Positions 60,043 to 64,000 of a stretch of 64,000 nucleotides of DNA are shown in pieces. Location: positions 1 through 64,000 of the IMG/VR virus record IMGVR_UViG_3300037602_000018; one strand, given 5' to 3'. The stretch is from a virus (lineage: Duplodnaviria; Caudoviricetes). A program made the position numbers and the translations under genes. Every line of letters begins with the position of its first letter. The stretch's first letter is position 1. Below the pieces are notes generated by a model, which was given only the letters and a program-made list of their open reading frames with translations, searched no databases and was not told where the DNA came from.

Positions 60043-60127
60043 GTTTACAAAACTATTTTAAAAAGTTAGTACGTACAAATAAAATGGGGGATAATATCTA
60101 TACGTACTTTATTAAGGATATATATAT

Positions 60128-63100
60128 TTATATAAAACTAGCAGGTAAAACATTATACGATATAATTATATCTTGTAATTCTAATTTAGAAACTCCATCG
60201 TTTTGAAATTCTAATGTAAGATATAAGTATTGAGATCTTAACCTATTTCTAGTGTTATTTTGTCTTGGTAAATTAATTCTCCATTCTCTGAATTTTCTAA
60301 TAACATTTTCACCTACAGTAAGCTCTATATCAGCATTTTGATAATCATTATAAGCCTTTAATGAAGTTATAGTTTCTAAAGGAATATCTGTTTCATTCCT
60401 TATAACTTTAGAATTATATAATAAGTTATTAAATACTTTAGTAACATCTACATCAGGATTTAATATAAATGTAACATAAGATTTAATTGGAGCTTGGTCA
60501 AAATAAATTCCATAGTTATTAGTTTTATTGAGGTATAAAGAAGTTAAACTATCATTTACACTAAATGAATTTTTTCCATTTATAAAATTTAAAGAAGATT
60601 TTATAGGATGAAAATTATGAAATCCGTTAGTAAGATTATTAAATGTAATAGTATAATTATCTGAGGTTTCTAATTCAGCTTGTAATATGGTAATATATAC
60701 TTCTTGTAATTCATTATCAAAATAACCTGTTATGCCTTTTTTAATTAAAGGATTATCTGATTTAAGAATATCATAGTTTAATCTCTTTCTAAAAAAAGAA
60801 TGCATACCTTCTATATCAGATACAGGCTTTACATTATTATTTACTAACATTAATTTTTTATTATTTAAGTCAATATAATATAAACCATAAGGAGATTTAA
60901 TAACTCCAAATTGATTTATACTTCCACTAGAAGTACTTAAATATTTATAATCTTGTAATGTTTCTCCAGAACCAATTAATACAGAGACTCCATCAGATGA
61001 TTGTTGATATACTCTAGGATTTATAATTAATCTTGCTACAGCTTCTGATTGTAAAGTATATAATTCATCAGCAAATTCATAAACACCTGTAATAGCTCCA
61101 TATTTAGCATTTAAGTCTTTATAATTATTAGTTCCAAATCTCAACCAATTGTCAACTAATTCTCCATTTATTTTAGTATCTGATATTATAACACGAGTAT
61201 CAAATTCTGAAATTTCAGTAAAGTTAAATGGTTTAGGAGTACCTTGATCATATTTCTTCTGAAGACTATATACGTTATTGTATTCATAAAAATCATCAAA
61301 AGTATAACCTACTCTGGATAATGGATAATCATTACTATTATTTCTATCAGTTCTTAAATCTAAATTAATAGATGTTTCTACTGGAAATATAATAGATTCT
61401 CTCCATGAAGTATTAAATATAAAAGATTCAGGAGAATACGCTGTAGTCCTTGCTAAATTAAAATAAGATACATAAGTATCTCCATTAAATACTTCAACTG
61501 TATTTTGAGATTTAGGCACATGGTCACTTACTACAACAGGGTTACCTCTACTTATAGCTTCATAAGTATCTCCTCCATATTGATTTTGTACAATTCTTTT
61601 ATGGTCTACTAAAGGAAAAACTTCAATAGGAGTTTTAGGAATTACATTACTTTGTGTTAAAACAGTACCTAAACCTTTTTGATAAAACCCTATTTGCATA
61701 GTAAGGTTTTTAGAATTATAAGATCTTAATTTATGTCTGTTATTTCCTTGATTTCTTTGGACATAAATACTATCCATAAATTCAACATTCTGTCCTATAA
61801 TATCTGTATAAGATTGTAATGTATCATCACTATTATCAACTAATAAGTGTCCATTATTTTTAAGTAAAGCAGAACCATTAGAGGTCATTACAGTAGCTTT
61901 CCTTATAATAGACCTATAGTTTTTTTCATCTCCTGAATTATCAGAAAGAATTATAGAACCTACATTATAACCACCAAAGTTTTTACCATCTCCTTCTCTA
62001 ACCCATAATCCTAAAGAAGGGTCAAAAATAGTACTTTCAGCATAAGACCTGCTTACTCCATTATATTTAGGCCCTACAACATCATCAAAATTATTTCTAT
62101 ATCTCCATGTTTTATTCCATGTATTTGCAACTCCTCCTACTAATATCATATAATCTGTAGAACTTGCTGAATATTCATTGAATATAATTTCAGGAGAAAA
62201 CAATTGTACTATATGACTATTCATTTTATAATGAGAGCCATTTTCTGAAAATACTTCTAAATTTAAATCTACTTCATCTTCTATAGGATGATTAACTGTA
62301 AGAGAAGGAGTTTTACTATGCCATGTTCTAAATAAATAAGAAGGTTGTAATTTTTCAGCGTATTCAGGACTACCAGCAGCATTTTCATTAGGAGAAGCTA
62401 CCATAGGATTTATAATACCTTGAGATACAATAGTTTTATCACTATCTGTTCTTTCTGACCTTAGTATCTCGTAAGACACTACATCTGAAGGTAAATTATT
62501 TACTGTAACTTCTACATATAAAGCAGAGAAAAATACATCTAAATTTTTTTGTACAGTAATAGGAAATTCATCCTGATTAGGCATTCTTAAATCACAAATC
62601 CATTTAACAAAACTATGTTGTCCTTTTATATTAGTAGTCCTTAAATAAAATCTGTAAACTTCATCTCTTTTAAGAGATTTAGGAGTTCTTGGGTCTATAT
62701 AAGAATTATCTTTATTTAAAGTAATATTAGCTTTTGTATAAGTATCTTCAGGCTTAAATAATTTTCTTTTAATCTGTATTTTAACATTTTTACCTTGTGC
62801 ACCTAATGTAGTACCATCTCCTTGATAAATATATTTATTAAAATTAGGGTCTTGAGTTTCTCCTACATTTAAATAAGTTAAGCTTTGTTCAGCTTTATTT
62901 GAAGGATTAATACAATCCCATGTTTCATCAATAGTTTGAGAATTTAAATTACTTATATTAAATGTTAAATCTCCCCTAGTATTATCTCTTAATAAAGTGT
63001 CTCCGTTAGAATCAAATCTAAAAGCTCTGGCATCAAAGTCTATATCATACTTTTGGTATTTTATATTAACAGGAAATAAAATATTATCCTTGGTTTCTAA

Positions 63101-64000
63101 GTCCTTAATGATCATAGGGTCATTTCCTAGAAATAATATTTCTTCTAATGTAATTGCTCCTACATCAAGATTACCATCGTCTAAAAAAGTATAAGTATTA
63201 GTACTTATTTCTTCTTCTATAATAATTTTTACTTCTGGAACATTATTTATATTAGACCAAAATAATCTATACACCTTTAGATAAGTCATATCTTCAGGTA
63301 TATTACTTAATTCTATTTCATAACTTTTTCTAATAATTTCTCCTTCAGGTAAACCTTTACCTTCATTAACTGTAATTAAATCAGAGAATGGAGAAATTTT
63401 AGTTTCTGCTCCATTCTTATTGTAAGTGTTATAAGCATATTGAATAACACCTGCTGTAAAATTCCCACCTTCTTTAATATTAATTAATTTAGGTTTAGAA
63501 TAAAACATATTAGGAGAAGTCTCTAATTCATCAATATCAATATTAATTAAATTTTCATCTGCTACATTAGCAAATTTAAAAAGAGTAGTATTATCTGTAA
63601 AATAGATTTTTTTAATTAAAGAATTTTCATACCTACCTAATGCTTTTCTTATAGGAGTATTTATAGAATATCCTAAATCATCTACATATTTTAAACTTAA
63701 ATTATTATTTATGGGATTATATAAAAATATAGCCCCATAACCAACATTGATTAAATCTGAAGTAAAAATTACTATTTCTTCTCTAATGTTAACAGCATAA
63801 TTAAATCTAAGATTATTTAAATCAGGTACATTATTTTTATTAGGATTTGTATAAATTACAGTTTCTAAAGTTGTACCAGTATTAAAATCTTTAACTTCAA
63901 AATTACCTCCTGATGCACCTTGTACATTAATAATTTTAGGTAACCTTTTTTTAAAAGTATTACCTTTTTCATTAGTAAAGGCAAAACCAGATTGAGAATC
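60128..64000 (-). CDS. Tail stabilisation/muzzle-type structural protein, 5'-truncated by window end
   Basis: The frame continues upstream of ATG 63508 (...YENSLIKKIYFTD...). SLKRDEVYRF, FNGDTYV and RLRSQY motifs. Confidence 0.7.
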   Translation of the reverse strand, partial: DSQSGFAFTNEKGNTFKKRLPKIINVQGASGGNFEVKDFNTGTTLETVIYTNPNKNNVPDLNNLRFNYAVNIREEIVIFTSDLINVGYGAIFLYNPINNNLSLKYVDDLGYSINTPIRKALGRYENSLIKKIYFTDNTTLFKFANVADENLINIDIDELETSPNMFYSKPKLINIKEGGNFTAGVIQYAYNTYNKNGAETKISPFSDLITVNEGKGLPEGEIIRKSYEIELSNIPEDMTYLKVYRLFWSNINNVPEVKIIIEEEISTNTYTFLDDGNLDVGAITLEEILFLGNDPMIIKDLETKDNILFPVNIKYQKYDIDFDARAFRFDSNGDTLLRDNTRGDLTFNISNLNSQTIDETWDCINPSNKAEQSLTYLNVGETQDPNFNKYIYQGDGTTLGAQGKNVKIQIKRKLFKPEDTYTKANITLNKDNSYIDPRTPKSLKRDEVYRFYLRTTNIKGQHSFVKWICDLRMPNQDEFPITVQKNLDVFFSALYVEVTVNNLPSDVVSYEILRSERTDSDKTIVSQGIINPMVASPNENAAGSPEYAEKLQPSYLFRTWHSKTPSLTVNHPIEDEVDLNLEVFSENGSHYKMNSHIVQLFSPEIIFNEYSASSTDYMILVGGVANTWNKTWRYRNNFDDVVGPKYNGVSRSYAESTIFDPSLGLWVREGDGKNFGGYNVGSIILSDNSGDEKNYRSIIRKATVMTSNGSALLKNNGHLLVDNSDDTLQSYTDIIGQNVEFMDSIYVQRNQGNNRHKLRSYNSKNLTMQIGFYQKGLGTVLTQSNVIPKTPIEVFPLVDHKRIVQNQYGGDTYEAISRGNPVVVSDHVPKSQNTVEVFNGDTYVSYFNLARTTAYSPESFIFNTSWRESIIFPVETSINLDLRTDRNNSNDYPLSRVGYTFDDFYEYNNVYSLQKKYDQGTPKPFNFTEISEFDTRVIISDTKINGELVDNWLRFGTNNYKDLNAKYGAITGVYEFADELYTLQSEAVARLIINPRVYQQSSDGVSVLIGSGETLQDYKYLSTSSGSINQFGVIKSPYGLYYIDLNNKKLMLVNNNVKPVSDIEGMHSFFRKRLNYDILKSDNPLIKKGITGYFDNELQEVYITILQAELETSDNYTITFNNLTNGFHNFHPIKSSLNFINGKNSFSVNDSLTSLYLNKTNNYGIYFDQAPIKSYVTFILNPDVDVTKVFNNLLYNSKVIRNETDIPLETITSLKAYNDYQNADIELTVGENVIRKFREWRINLPRQNNTRNRLRSQYLYLTLEFQNDGVSKLELQDIIISYNVLPASFI

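Noticed and set aside
60048-60055. Minus-strand TAnnTTTG promoter
   Set aside because: It lies only ~5 nt from the ATG in very AT-rich sequence; too weak to call.
144-63194. Short antisense ORFs in the track (144, 9494, 10561, 11664, 12016, 15722, 16407, 29851, 37232, 43552, 45266, 52530, 62997)
   Set aside because: They lie opposite better-supported genes, against local strand polarity, and have no recognisable motifs.
1-64000. Integron integrase in the window
   Set aside because: No ORF shows the tyrosine recombinase R...HxxR...Y pattern by eye. A highly divergent enzyme cannot be excluded without an HMM search.
41935-64000. Stop-codon reassignment as seen in some crAss-like phages
   Set aside because: Very long ORFs are intact in the standard code, and TAG and TGA both end genes normally in the window.

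Overview
AT-rich 64 kb segment of a lytic crAss-like (Crassvirales-type) phage of a Bacteroidota host, inferred from a giant virion RNA polymerase with a GSDFDIDK motif and TAnnTTTG promoters. The + strand (1-41886) carries replication, nucleotide-metabolism and anti-defence genes: PolA, SF2 and DnaB-like helicases, primase, Sak4-like ATPase, class II RNR, ThyX, a Prs-like/NAMPT-like NAD+ salvage pair, macro domain, MazG-like proteins, UDG-like protein and rIIA/rIIB-like genes. The - strand (41935-64000) carries the virion RNAP, ejection proteins and a tail protein. The two arms converge on one hairpin terminator. The most notable element is a ~3.05 kb compositionally foreign island (9480-12526) built like an integron cassette array: ten attC-like AAC...GTT palindromes alternate with ten GTT...AAC inverted-repeat modules. 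No integrase is visible in the window. Five small ORFs start inside the palindrome loops and cross the GTT box in one frame, suggesting a cassette- or domain-shuffling system. Also present: a circularly permuted (two-piece) tmRNA with an unusual 29-aa tag, a tRNA(CAT), a tRNA-like gene with a 13-nt anticodon loop, and an ORF-less group I intron in the rIIA-like gene. All calls are by eye; no database searches were run.
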